A stretch of 64,000 nt of DNA, from contig JBAZZY010000001.1 in NCBI GenBank assembly GCA_041658565.1, positions 87,405-151,404 on the forward strand. Reading direction: 5' to 3'. This document shows positions 38,178-46,854 of the stretch, in pieces. The position numbers and the translations under genes were made by a program. This stretch comes from Actinomycetota bacterium (lineage in GTDB: Bacteria > Actinomycetota > AC-67). The notes under the pieces are model-generated. The model was not told the origin of the DNA, ran no database searches, and saw nothing but the letters and a program-made list of their open reading frames with translations. The stretch's first letter is position 1, and each line of letters begins with the position of its first letter.

Positions 38178-38768
38178 GTGTCGGCGGACCCCGTTCACCT
38201 GCTGCTTACCGCGGACGAGATCCAAGGGCGTGTGCGCGAGATCGGTGAAGAGATCAGCCATGACTACGCGGGGCGCAGTCCGATCCTGATCGGTGTCCTC
38301 AAGGGGGCCCTGGTGTTCGTCGCCGACTTGATTCGGGCGATTGAACTTCCCGCACGCGTCGACTTCATGTCGATTTCGGCCTACGGCGACGGGCAGTCCA
38401 AATCGGGCGTCGTTCGCATCCTGAAGGATCTGGACGAGGCAATCGCAGGGCAGGACGTCATCCTCGTTGAGGACATCATCGACACCGGGCTCACGCTGAC
38501 CTACCTGCTGGCGACACTGCGCGCGCGCGGTCCTGCAAGCCTCGAGGTTTGCGGCCTGCTGGACAAGAGCGCGCGCCGCATCATCGACGTGCCGATCCGA
38601 TACAAGGGTTTCGACATCCCCGACGAGTTCGTCATTGGGTACGGACTGGACTTCCGAGGCCGGTACCGAAATTTGCGTGAGGTCTTGGGTGTTCGCGACG
38701 TCGCGGCGTTGGAGGACTCGAACGCGGTAAGCCGCGCGCGCAACGAAAGATCCGCGTCGGGAAACTGA
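38178..38768 (+). CDS. hpt: Hypoxanthine-guanine phosphoribosyltransferase
   Basis: PRPP-binding VILVEDIIDTGLT and IGYGLDF motifs. Confidence 0.88.
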   Translation: MSADPVHLLLTADEIQGRVREIGEEISHDYAGRSPILIGVLKGALVFVADLIRAIELPARVDFMSISAYGDGQSKSGVVRILKDLDEAIAGQDVILVEDIIDTGLTLTYLLATLRARGPASLEVCGLLDKSARRIIDVPIRYKGFDIPDEFVIGYGLDFRGRYRNLREVLGVRDVAALEDSNAVSRARNERSASGN

Positions 38769-38818
38769 CGTCACCCTCGGCGTTGTTCGGCTCTGATTCC
38801 TGGTGTTAGGCTGCGCGC

Positions 38819-39310
38819 ATGGACGAGTCCAACGTCATCGAAATGCAGCTGGTCGGGGTTCGTGTCGAGTTGCCGACGAACCAGCCGATCGTGTTGCTGC
38901 GCGAGCGCACCGGAGAGAGATTCCTTCCGATCTGGATCGGACCGGTAGAGGCCACGGCCATTGCTTTCGCCCTGCAGGGAATCGTGACCCAACGCCCGAT
39001 GACGCACGACTTGCTGAAGTCGATTATCGAGACCACCGGAGTCGTCGTCGATCGAATCGTCATCGTCGAACTCCGCGACACAACTTTCTACGCGAACATC
39101 GAGATGACGCGTAACGGTGAAACGTTTTCGATCTCCAGCAGGCCGTCGGACGCGATCGCGCTGGCCGTCCGGGGTTCAATCCCGCTGTTCGCAGCCCCTG
39201 AGGTGCTCGACGAGGCCGGAATCCTCATCAAGGACGACGATGAGGAGCAGGAGGTCGCGAAGTTCCGCGAGTTCATTGAATCGGTGACTCCGGAGGACTT
39301 CGCTCCCTGA
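38819..39310 (+). CDS. Bifunctional nuclease family protein (DUF151, Rv1829-like)
   Basis: PIVLLRE...RFLPIWIGPVEA...RPMTHDL signature. Confidence 0.8.
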   Translation: MDESNVIEMQLVGVRVELPTNQPIVLLRERTGERFLPIWIGPVEATAIAFALQGIVTQRPMTHDLLKSIIETTGVVVDRIVIVELRDTTFYANIEMTRNGETFSISSRPSDAIALAVRGSIPLFAAPEVLDEAGILIKDDDEEQEVAKFREFIESVTPEDFAP

Positions 39311-39419
39311 TCGACCAAGATCGCCGAAATCGCTGTCGCTCGTTGACATCGGCCCGGTTCCGGGACTAGCGTGACATTCTCGTAATTACCGGTTTGTGAT
39401 ACCGGTCGCCGGAGGCGCG

Positions 39420-39914
39420 ATGAGCAAAGCAGCTTCGAGTGTCGAGCACGGATTTCGAGGGCCGAAGGCCGCGAAATTAGCCGCGATTACCTATCGTCAG
39501 CTCGACTACTGGGCGCGACAGGGAATCGTGGTTCCGAGCCTGCAGGACGCCGCCGGCTCGGGGAGCCAGCGCCTGTACAGCTTCTCCGACGTCGTCAGAC
39601 TCAAGCTCATCAACAAACTGCTGGTGACGGGCGTGAGCCTCCAGCAGATCCGCAAGGCGCTGGATTACGTGCGTGACGAGTTGAGGCGGCCGTTACAGGA
39701 TGTCTTTTTGATCTCCGACGGCGGCACGATCTATGCGCGCACGTCTCCGGACGAGATCATCGACCTGCTGGCCGGCGGACAAGCTGTGTTTGCCATCGCG
39801 GTCGGCAAGGTCTACGAGGAGCTTCAGGGGTCGATTGCCGAGTTCAGAAAGCCGCCCGAGGGCACCGAAGGCGAGCAGTCCGGCGACACCGCGCCGGGAG
39901 CGTCCCGCGGCTGA
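39420..39914 (+). CDS. MerR-family transcriptional regulator (Rv1830-like)
   Basis: HTH LAAITYRQLDYWARQGIVVPS...YSFSDVVRLKLI; GGAGG SD upstream of ATG 39420. Confidence 0.8.
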   Translation: MSKAASSVEHGFRGPKAAKLAAITYRQLDYWARQGIVVPSLQDAAGSGSQRLYSFSDVVRLKLINKLLVTGVSLQQIRKALDYVRDELRRPLQDVFLISDGGTIYARTSPDEIIDLLAGGQAVFAIAVGKVYEELQGSIAEFRKPPEGTEGEQSGDTAPGASRG

Positions 39915-40281
39915 CGCCGCGGCATCTCGCTCCGGCGACGACGTCCTTCCGAGCGATCTCGCCGACTTCGCTCACCAGAGCGAACGGCAATATGCGCGAC
40001 TGCTCGACTTCTACCAGATCGATTGGGATTACGAGCCTCGTTCGTTCGATATCGAGTGGGACGACGAGGGCAACGTCACTCGACGCTTCACGCCGGACTT
40101 CTACCTCCCGCAGTTCGACGTCTACATTGAAGTGACGACCATGGCGCAACGCCTGGTCACCAAGAAGAACAGAAAAGTCCGTCGCTTGCGGGAGCTATAC
40201 CCGGAAGTCAGCGTCAAGATCTTCTACCAACGCGATTACGTCGCGCTGCTCGAGAAGTACGGGCTGAACCGCAAGAAGTAG
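39733..40281 (+). CDS. Hypothetical protein; C-terminal ~110 aa strongly protein-like, true start unresolved
   Basis: Frame continues through YQIDWDYEPRSFDIEWDDEGNVTRRFTPDFYLPQFDVYIEVTTMAQRLVTKKNRKVRRLRELYPEVSVKIFYQRDY. The only in-frame ATG (39733) would overlap the MerR gene by 180 nt; a non-ATG start near 39915–39960 is more likely. Confidence 0.4.
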   Translation: MRARLRTRSSTCWPADKLCLPSRSARSTRSFRGRLPSSESRPRAPKASSPATPRRERPAADAAASRSGDDVLPSDLADFAHQSERQYARLLDFYQIDWDYEPRSFDIEWDDEGNVTRRFTPDFYLPQFDVYIEVTTMAQRLVTKKNRKVRRLRELYPEVSVKIFYQRDYVALLEKYGLNRKK

Positions 40282-40332
40282 GATGGCGTCCCGCGCCGGC
40301 TTTCCTCGGCGCGCCCGCGAGGGAGGGACCTG

Positions 40333-41691
40333 TTGGAATTCGCTCCGCATACCGACGACGACCTCGGCGCCATGCTCGGCGTGCTCGGGATCTCGTCCGT
40401 CGACGACTTGTTTCGCGTCATTCCCGAGGCGATCCGCCTTGATCGGCCGCTGAACATTTCCTCTGGGAAGTGCGAAATGGAGGTCCTGCGGGACCTTTCG
40501 GCGCTGGCCGGTCGGAATCGCTCAGTTGAGGATCTGGTCTGCTTCATGGGGGCAGGCGCCTACGATCACCACATCCCCTCGATCGTGTGGCCGCTGCTGT
40601 CGCGAGGGGAGTTCGCAACCTCGTATACGCCATATCAGCCTGAGCTGTCGCAAGGCGTACTGCAGGCATTGTTCGAGTACCAAACCATGGTTTGCGAGTT
40701 GACCGGGATGGACGTCTCCAACGCCAGTCTTTACGACGGCGCCGGGGCGCTCACAGAGGCTGTGAACCTCGCGCAGGGAGCGACCGGTCGCCGCGCCGTG
40801 GTTGTGGCGGGAGCGATGAATCCCGCTTACGCGCGCGTGCTTGCGACTCAGGGCGCCGGGCTTGAGATTGAGATCCGAAACGTGGCATGGGGTCTTGACG
40901 GCACCGCGTCGCCGGACGCCGTGCGCGCGGCCGCAGAGGATGCGGCGGCAGTCGTCGTTCAGCAGCCGAACTTCTTCGGATGCCTGGAGGATGTTGCGAT
41001 GCTCGCCGAGATCGCACACCAGGCCGGAGCGAAGTTCGTCGTGCACTTCGACCTGACGTCCGCCGGGATCCTGGAAGCGCCGGGGAAACTGGGCGCGGAT
41101 GTCGTGATTGCCGAGGGGCAGCCTCTTGGAAACCACCTCTCGTTCGGCGGTCCCTACGTTGGGGTGATCGCGTGTCGCCGCGCCGACGTCCGGCGAATGC
41201 CGGGGCGGATCGTGGGGGAGACCCTCGATCGTCTCGGACGGCGCGCCTTCGTGCTCACACTGCAAGCGCGCGAGCAACACATTCGTCGCGAGAAGGCAAC
41301 GAGCAACATCTGCACCAACCAGACGTTAAACGCGCTCGCCGTCGCCGTGACGCTGGCCTGGCTCGGACCTCAGGGCCTTCGCGAGATGGGGGAGCAGTGC
41401 CTGGCCCGCGCTTCCTATGCGCGCGCGCGCCTGGTGGAGATTGCCGGCGCGACGCCGGTGTTCTCCGGGCCGATTTTCAAGGAGTTCGCCGTGCGACTTC
41501 CCGTAGATCCCGTGGCGGTGTGCGCGCGCGCGGCTGAGGATGGGTTCCTCGCCGGCGTTCCGCTGGCGCAAGTGATGCCGGGCTGCGGCCTCGACGATGC
41601 GCTGCTGGTGGCCGTAACCGAGAAGCGTTCGCGCGCCGACATCGACGGGCTCGCCGAGGCGGTTGCCCGGGCCTGCAAGGAGGTGGCCTGA
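40333..41691 (+). CDS. gcvPA: Glycine dehydrogenase (decarboxylating) subunit 1
   Basis: N-terminal (M/L)EFAPHTDDDLGAML; P-protein α-subunit homology throughout. TTG start with GGGAGGGA SD. Confidence 0.88.
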   Translation: MEFAPHTDDDLGAMLGVLGISSVDDLFRVIPEAIRLDRPLNISSGKCEMEVLRDLSALAGRNRSVEDLVCFMGAGAYDHHIPSIVWPLLSRGEFATSYTPYQPELSQGVLQALFEYQTMVCELTGMDVSNASLYDGAGALTEAVNLAQGATGRRAVVVAGAMNPAYARVLATQGAGLEIEIRNVAWGLDGTASPDAVRAAAEDAAAVVVQQPNFFGCLEDVAMLAEIAHQAGAKFVVHFDLTSAGILEAPGKLGADVVIAEGQPLGNHLSFGGPYVGVIACRRADVRRMPGRIVGETLDRLGRRAFVLTLQAREQHIRREKATSNICTNQTLNALAVAVTLAWLGPQGLREMGEQCLARASYARARLVEIAGATPVFSGPIFKEFAVRLPVDPVAVCARAAEDGFLAGVPLAQVMPGCGLDDALLVAVTEKRSRADIDGLAEAVARACKEVA

Positions 41692-41692
41692 G

Positions 41693-43171
41693 ATGGCTGA
41701 AGCCCTGGGCGCTATCGCCGAGAAGCTCGTATTCGAACTGTCCCGTCCCGGGCGCCGGGCAAGCTCGATGCCGGCTCTGGACGTACCGCCGGCTCCGCTG
41801 CACGCAATCCCTGAAGGGCTGCGACGCCGGGTCGCCCCCGTGTTGCCGGAAGTCGCTGAAGGTGATCTTGTTCGCCACTACACGCGCCTGTCGCAACGCA
41901 ACTACGGAATCGATCTTGGGTTCTACCCACTCGGCTCGTGCACGATGAAGCACAACCCCAAAATGGCGGAAGAAGCTGCGGCTTTGGCTGGATTCCGGGC
42001 GCTGCACCCGCTTCAGCCTGAGAGCCAAGTCCAAGGCGCGCTTGAACTACTCGTGGATCTCGAACGCACGCTGTGCGAGATCACGGGCATGGCGGCAGTG
42101 ACGTTTCAGCCTGCAGCCGGCGCGCACGGTGAGCTGGCCGGCTTGCTGATGATGCGGGCGTACCACCAAGCCAACGGTGAGCGACGCACGCGGGTGATCA
42201 TTCCCGACTCGGCCCACGGCACCAACCCGGCGAGCGTACGCCTTGCCGGCTTCGAGGTTAGCGAAGTGCCCTCCGACGCCCGCGGGCTCGTCGACATCGA
42301 CGCTCTGGAGAAGCTGATCGGGCCCGACGTAGCGGGGCTCATGATCACCAACCCCAACACCCTTGGACTCTTCGAGGAGAACATCGAGCGGATTGCCGGC
42401 CTGATCCACTCCGTCGGCGGGTTGCTGTACTACGACGGAGCGAACTTCAACGCGATCATCGGGCACTGCCGTCCCGGAGACATGGGCTTCGACATCGTGC
42501 ATATGAACTTGCACAAGACGTTTGCGACCCCGCACGGCGGGGGAGGACCAGGTGCGGGACCCGTGGGCGTCTCGCCGAGGGTCGTTCCGTTCCTGCCGTC
42601 TCCGCGCGCAGTTCTCGACCCTGCGACGGGCACGTTCCGCTGGGACGCAGGCGATTCGCGGTCAATCGGTTCACTCGTTTCGTTTTGGGGGAACTTCGGG
42701 ATTCTGCTGCGGGCGGCGGTCTACGCGCGCGCCCTGGGGGCCGAGGGGCTGCGCCATGTGTCGGAGCGAGCCGTTCTGAACGCCAACTACCTCGCCGCTC
42801 GCTTGGGAGACGTATTCGAACATGCGTTCCCCGGACAGCCGATGCACGAGTTTGTCTTGACCGCGCGCCGGCAGAAGGCTCGCGGCGCGCGCGCCATGGA
42901 CATCGCCAAGCGCCTGATCGACTACGGCTACCACCCGCCGACGGTGTACTTCCCGCTAATCGTGGATGAAGCAATGATGTTGGAACCGACCGAGACGGAG
43001 TCGATCGAGACGCTGGACGCCTTCGTCGAGGCCATGCGCGCGGTCGACCGCGAGATCGACGAGCATCCGGGACTCTTGCACGACGCGCCGATCAGCGCTC
43101 CGGTGTCGCGCCCCGACGAAGCGCGCGCAGCACGGGACCTTCACGCCAGGTGGTATCCGCCCGCGGAGTAG
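41693..43171 (+). CDS. gcvPB: Glycine dehydrogenase (decarboxylating) subunit 2 (PLP-binding)
   Basis: PLP-lysine region HMNLHKTFATPHGGGGPG; ATG 2 nt after the gcvPA stop. Confidence 0.9.
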   Translation: MAEALGAIAEKLVFELSRPGRRASSMPALDVPPAPLHAIPEGLRRRVAPVLPEVAEGDLVRHYTRLSQRNYGIDLGFYPLGSCTMKHNPKMAEEAAALAGFRALHPLQPESQVQGALELLVDLERTLCEITGMAAVTFQPAAGAHGELAGLLMMRAYHQANGERRTRVIIPDSAHGTNPASVRLAGFEVSEVPSDARGLVDIDALEKLIGPDVAGLMITNPNTLGLFEENIERIAGLIHSVGGLLYYDGANFNAIIGHCRPGDMGFDIVHMNLHKTFATPHGGGGPGAGPVGVSPRVVPFLPSPRAVLDPATGTFRWDAGDSRSIGSLVSFWGNFGILLRAAVYARALGAEGLRHVSERAVLNANYLAARLGDVFEHAFPGQPMHEFVLTARRQKARGARAMDIAKRLIDYGYHPPTVYFPLIVDEAMMLEPTETESIETLDAFVEAMRAVDREIDEHPGLLHDAPISAPVSRPDEARAARDLHARWYPPAE

Positions 43172-43260
43172 TGCTCTCGTGCGCTCACAGTAATCTAGTT
43201 TACGTAACGTCTATTATGGGCGTTAGCCCGAACTGCGCTAGGGTCTGCCGAGCCGCAGGC

Positions 43261-44010
43261 TCAGGCCTTTGACGAAACGACGCTGCGCGGGTGTGGCGCC
43301 GATGGCGGTCGGCGACACTTCACGCCCCAACGTGCGACCGACCCGACGGCCTCGCCAACGATGCGTCGTGACATCTTCGATGCGCCCACGCGTCGTTCGA
43401 CGAATACGATCGGAACTTCCATAATCTGGAACCCAAGAAGCCACGTACGCCAGGCCATCTCGATCTGAAAGGCGTACCCGTGTGAGCGGATTTCGTCCAG
43501 CGGCACCGCCTCGAGCACCTCGCGACGGAAGCAGCGGAACCCACTGGTCGCATCGGCGACGGGCAGGCGCAGCAGCGCGCGCGCATATGCGTTGCCGGCG
43601 CGCGAGAGCCGGACTCGGTTAGGGCTCCAGTTGCGAGTGTCTCCCCCGGGAACGTAGCGCGATCCGAGGACCAAATCGGCTTCGGCCGTGGCAGTGATAA
43701 GGCGAGGCAAGTCCGCTGGGTCGTGCGAGAGGTCGGCGTCCATCTCGACGATAGCTGCGTAGTCGCGCGCGAGCGCCCAGCGGAATCCGGCGATATATGC
43801 GGGCCCTAAGCCACCCTTTCGTGAACGGTGAAGGACGTGGATGGCCGCGTCTTGCCCGGCGAGCGCATCGGCGATGCGCCCCGTGCCGTCGGGCGAGTTA
43901 TCGTCAACTATCAGCAGGTCAGCGGTCGGCGCAGATGCCCGAGCCAACGTCACAACTTCGCCGATACCGGCGGCCTCGTTGTAGGTCGGCACCACCACGC
44001 ACGTCTTCAC
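43261..44010 (-). CDS. ppm1: Polyprenol-phosphate mannose synthase catalytic subunit (GT2; Ppm1 D2-domain-like)
   Basis: VVVPTYNEAAGI...LLIVDDNSPDGT...VEMDADLSHDP. GTG start overlaps the lnt stop (GTGA). Confidence 0.85.
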   Translation of the reverse strand: MKTCVVVPTYNEAAGIGEVVTLARASAPTADLLIVDDNSPDGTGRIADALAGQDAAIHVLHRSRKGGLGPAYIAGFRWALARDYAAIVEMDADLSHDPADLPRLITATAEADLVLGSRYVPGGDTRNWSPNRVRLSRAGNAYARALLRLPVADATSGFRCFRREVLEAVPLDEIRSHGYAFQIEMAWRTWLLGFQIMEVPIVFVERRVGASKMSRRIVGEAVGSVARWGVKCRRPPSAPHPRSVVSSKA

Positions 44011-45515
44011 GTCGCGCCTTCCTTCCGCATGGCACCGAGCGCGACGACGAATGCCAGAGCGGCCAGCGAAAACTCGATCCATGCACCATACCGCGTGTAT
44101 GGGGTCCGACCGTCGGACAGCGGCAGAGCCGAACGCAACGAGGCCGCGGTAAACAGACCGGCGGACTTAACGATTGTGCCGTCGGGTTCCACGATTGCCG
44201 AAATCCCCGAGATTGCCGCCTGAACAAGCGGCACCCCATGCTCGACCGCGCGCATCCGGCTCATCGAGAGGTGCTGGCGTGCCGCGGGACTGGTCCCGAA
44301 GGATGCATTGTTGGTGGTGACCACCAGGACTCGGGCCCCGTTGCGGACGAGGGCGCGCGCCAACGACGGATATGTGGACTCGAAGCAGATGAGTGAGCCC
44401 AGGCGAGCGTCCCCGACTTGAAACACAAAGGGGCTCTTGCCGGGAGTCCCGTCCAGCGGCAGTTCGCGGTCCAAAGCGGGCACCAGTCGGCGCGCCCACG
44501 TCCAAGGCACGTATTCGCCGAACGGGACCATATGGATCTTGTCGTAGCGCTGAGTGATCTCCCCCGAGGGCTCAAGCAGTAGATTCGAGTTCGTCCAGTG
44601 CTCCCCCTCATCCAGGATCGCACCGATCAGGAATGGTGCTCCGATGCCTGCGGCCAGGTCGAGTACCGGATCAAAGAGCTGCGGCCATTCCCGCGGGTCG
44701 CGATCGAAGGAGTTCTCCGGCCAGAGCACCAGGTCCGGTCGCGGCGCCGAAAGCAGGGCGCGGGTCTCCCGAAGATGGTTCTCCACGATTGTGAAGTCCT
44801 CCGGACCGATCCTGCCTTGACGACCGAGCCCCGTGAATCGGTCTCGCGGCACGTTTCCCTGGATTGCCACCACGTCCAATGACCCCGTCCGGGCGCCGCC
44901 GGCGCCCAGCGGAAGCGCTGCCGGCGCTATCACGATGATGATCGCTGCAACGGCCAGCGTGAAACGCCGACGCGTCGAAGCGGTCCCGATCATCTCGGCG
45001 GCCAGTACATTCACCACCACGATCGCGAGTCCGAGGAGATAGACGCCCCCGAGGCGGGCAAGATGCAACACTGCTCCCCCGCCGTGTTGGGTGTACCCAA
45101 TGTCGCCCCAAGCGAAGCCGCCGAGGGGAACCCGCGAACGCGCCAGCTCGAGCCCGGACCACAGAACCGGCCAAGCAATCAGGCGCCCGGCCGCCCCGTA
45201 GCGCGCGCCCAGGCGAGCCGCCAGCCCACCGAACAGCACCGTTGCTACGGCTTGGAGCAGGACCAGGGCAATCCATGCCGCATACCCGAAGTACGAGATC
45301 CAGTAGACGAGGATGCCGAAGAACGTGACGCCGAAAGCAAGACCTGTCAGCGCGCCCGTTCGCCCCGACGCGCCACGCAACGCAAGGACGAACGGGACTA
45401 ACGCTACAAACGCCACCCACGCGTAGTCGGCGGGCGGGAAAGCAAGACTCAGCAGAACACCCGAAACCGAAGCGCCTAGGACCCGAACTGCGAGGGATCG
45501 GGGCTTAGCGCTCAC
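44007..45515 (-). CDS. lnt: Apolipoprotein N-acyltransferase
   Basis: N-terminal multi-TM region plus C-terminal CN-hydrolase domain with E/K/C triad region (...WPENSF..., ...LICFESTYP...). Confidence 0.88.
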   Translation of the reverse strand: MSAKPRSLAVRVLGASVSGVLLSLAFPPADYAWVAFVALVPFVLALRGASGRTGALTGLAFGVTFFGILVYWISYFGYAAWIALVLLQAVATVLFGGLAARLGARYGAAGRLIAWPVLWSGLELARSRVPLGGFAWGDIGYTQHGGGAVLHLARLGGVYLLGLAIVVVNVLAAEMIGTASTRRRFTLAVAAIIIVIAPAALPLGAGGARTGSLDVVAIQGNVPRDRFTGLGRQGRIGPEDFTIVENHLRETRALLSAPRPDLVLWPENSFDRDPREWPQLFDPVLDLAAGIGAPFLIGAILDEGEHWTNSNLLLEPSGEITQRYDKIHMVPFGEYVPWTWARRLVPALDRELPLDGTPGKSPFVFQVGDARLGSLICFESTYPSLARALVRNGARVLVVTTNNASFGTSPAARQHLSMSRMRAVEHGVPLVQAAISGISAIVEPDGTIVKSAGLFTAASLRSALPLSDGRTPYTRYGAWIEFSLAALAFVVALGAMRKEGAT

Positions 45516-45528
45516 GGCAAGGGGTGAA

Positions 45529-45825
45529 TCAGGCGCAGTCCCGGCAGAGCATCTTCTTCTTGTCTACGAGCTGGCTCTGGTGTTTCAGTAGGTAGCAGGA
45601 GCGACACGTGAACTCGTTCGGTTGAGGGGGAATCACTTTCTCAACCAAACTCTCGGACGTTTCGTCGCCGCGCCCGAGATCAAGGAGGACTTCGTCCTCG
45701 TCTTCTTCTTCCGCGCCCTCGGCGCGCTTGGCGAGCTCCTCAAAGCTCGTTTCAACTGCTAGATCTTCGTCTTCGTCTGCCACGCTATTCGCCACCTCCG
45801 GTTTGCAGCCCGCTGTATACACCAC
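45529..45825 (-). CDS. Small acidic protein with C-terminal 4-Cys zinc ribbon (DUF4193-like)
   Basis: Highly acidic N-terminus and FTCRSCYLLKH...MLCRDCA. Confidence 0.55.
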   Translation of the reverse strand: MVYTAGCKPEVANSVADEDEDLAVETSFEELAKRAEGAEEEDEDEVLLDLGRGDETSESLVEKVIPPQPNEFTCRSCYLLKHQSQLVDKKKMLCRDCA

Positions 45826-45879
45826 CCCGCACTCGGCTGCAACGGGTCGGTGTCACATTCGGGTGTTATCGTGCGCGCC

Positions 45880-46854
45880 ATGCCGGAACTTAGAGCCGAC
45901 CCGTGGGATCCCGGGTACGGCATGGGCTTTGAGGCCGACGTCGACGAGGCCTCCGCCGCGGTCGTTGACGAGAAGGTCGAGACCGCCGATTGGTCTCGAC
46001 CTATCAATGGCACGGCACCTGAAGGGCATTCGGTGACTTTCATCGACGGCGTACTGCGGGTGGACCTGCGCCTGATCGCCGAGGAGGGCATTCGGCGCGC
46101 GCCCGGGCTCTTCGGATCCTTCGCCGTGGGTTGCGTCCACTGCGACGACACGGCTTCGTTCGGAGAGCATGTGGTCGGGCGCGTCCTGGTTCTGGGCGGT
46201 GGGATGAAGTCGGAGGGGGCGAATGTGGAGATCGGCCGCGCCCGCCTGGACTTCGTCGGGGTGAGTGTCCCGGGCTCCGACCCCGCGTCCCCGTGGGCCA
46301 GGCTTCGCCAGGTTATGCGGGACGCTGAGGCTGCCCTCGCGCGCCGGTTGGCGGGGCACCCCGACAGGCTCATTCTTGCCGATGGGCCCCTGATGTTTGC
46401 CGATCCTGCAGGCGTGCCGATCGTGGGCGTCGTCAAGCGAATCGAGCGCGTCTACCTCTCGCCGGAGAGCGATCCCCTCATCGGACGACTGGGCCCTGGG
46501 GAGCGCACGCCGTTGTTCCTGATCGGAGGCGCGGGATCCGGATTGCAGCGCTACTCCTGGTACGCGCGCCCCGTACCAAGACGGTCACACTGGCACTCGC
46601 ATGCCGGCATCGTTCGGTGCGAGGTCGAAGCGAGTGCCGGAGCTTCTGCGGCGGCGGCGGTGGCCGATCGCGTCGCGGGACTGCTCCCTCGCTTCGCCGG
46701 GCGGCCGTCGGACCCGCGCGCGCCACAGAATCTCGCCCCGATCGGAGCATTGGAAGACCGGCTGCGCCGGCGTATGGGAAACGAGTTGAAGATCCGCCGC
46801 GCACTCACGACGCGCCTGGTTCGAGGAGATCGGGAATGGACGAACACCAACTGA
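45880..46854 (+). CDS. NurA-like nuclease (putative), first gene of HerA/SbcCD operon
   Basis: ~325 aa; N-terminal hhIDG motif (VTFIDGVLRVD) resembling NurA motif I. Translationally coupled: its stop lies 19 nt inside the HerA-like gene. An alternative GTG start is at 45850. Confidence 0.5.
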   Translation: MPELRADPWDPGYGMGFEADVDEASAAVVDEKVETADWSRPINGTAPEGHSVTFIDGVLRVDLRLIAEEGIRRAPGLFGSFAVGCVHCDDTASFGEHVVGRVLVLGGGMKSEGANVEIGRARLDFVGVSVPGSDPASPWARLRQVMRDAEAALARRLAGHPDRLILADGPLMFADPAGVPIVGVVKRIERVYLSPESDPLIGRLGPGERTPLFLIGGAGSGLQRYSWYARPVPRRSHWHSHAGIVRCEVEASAGASAAAAVADRVAGLLPRFAGRPSDPRAPQNLAPIGALEDRLRRRMGNELKIRRALTTRLVRGDREWTNTN

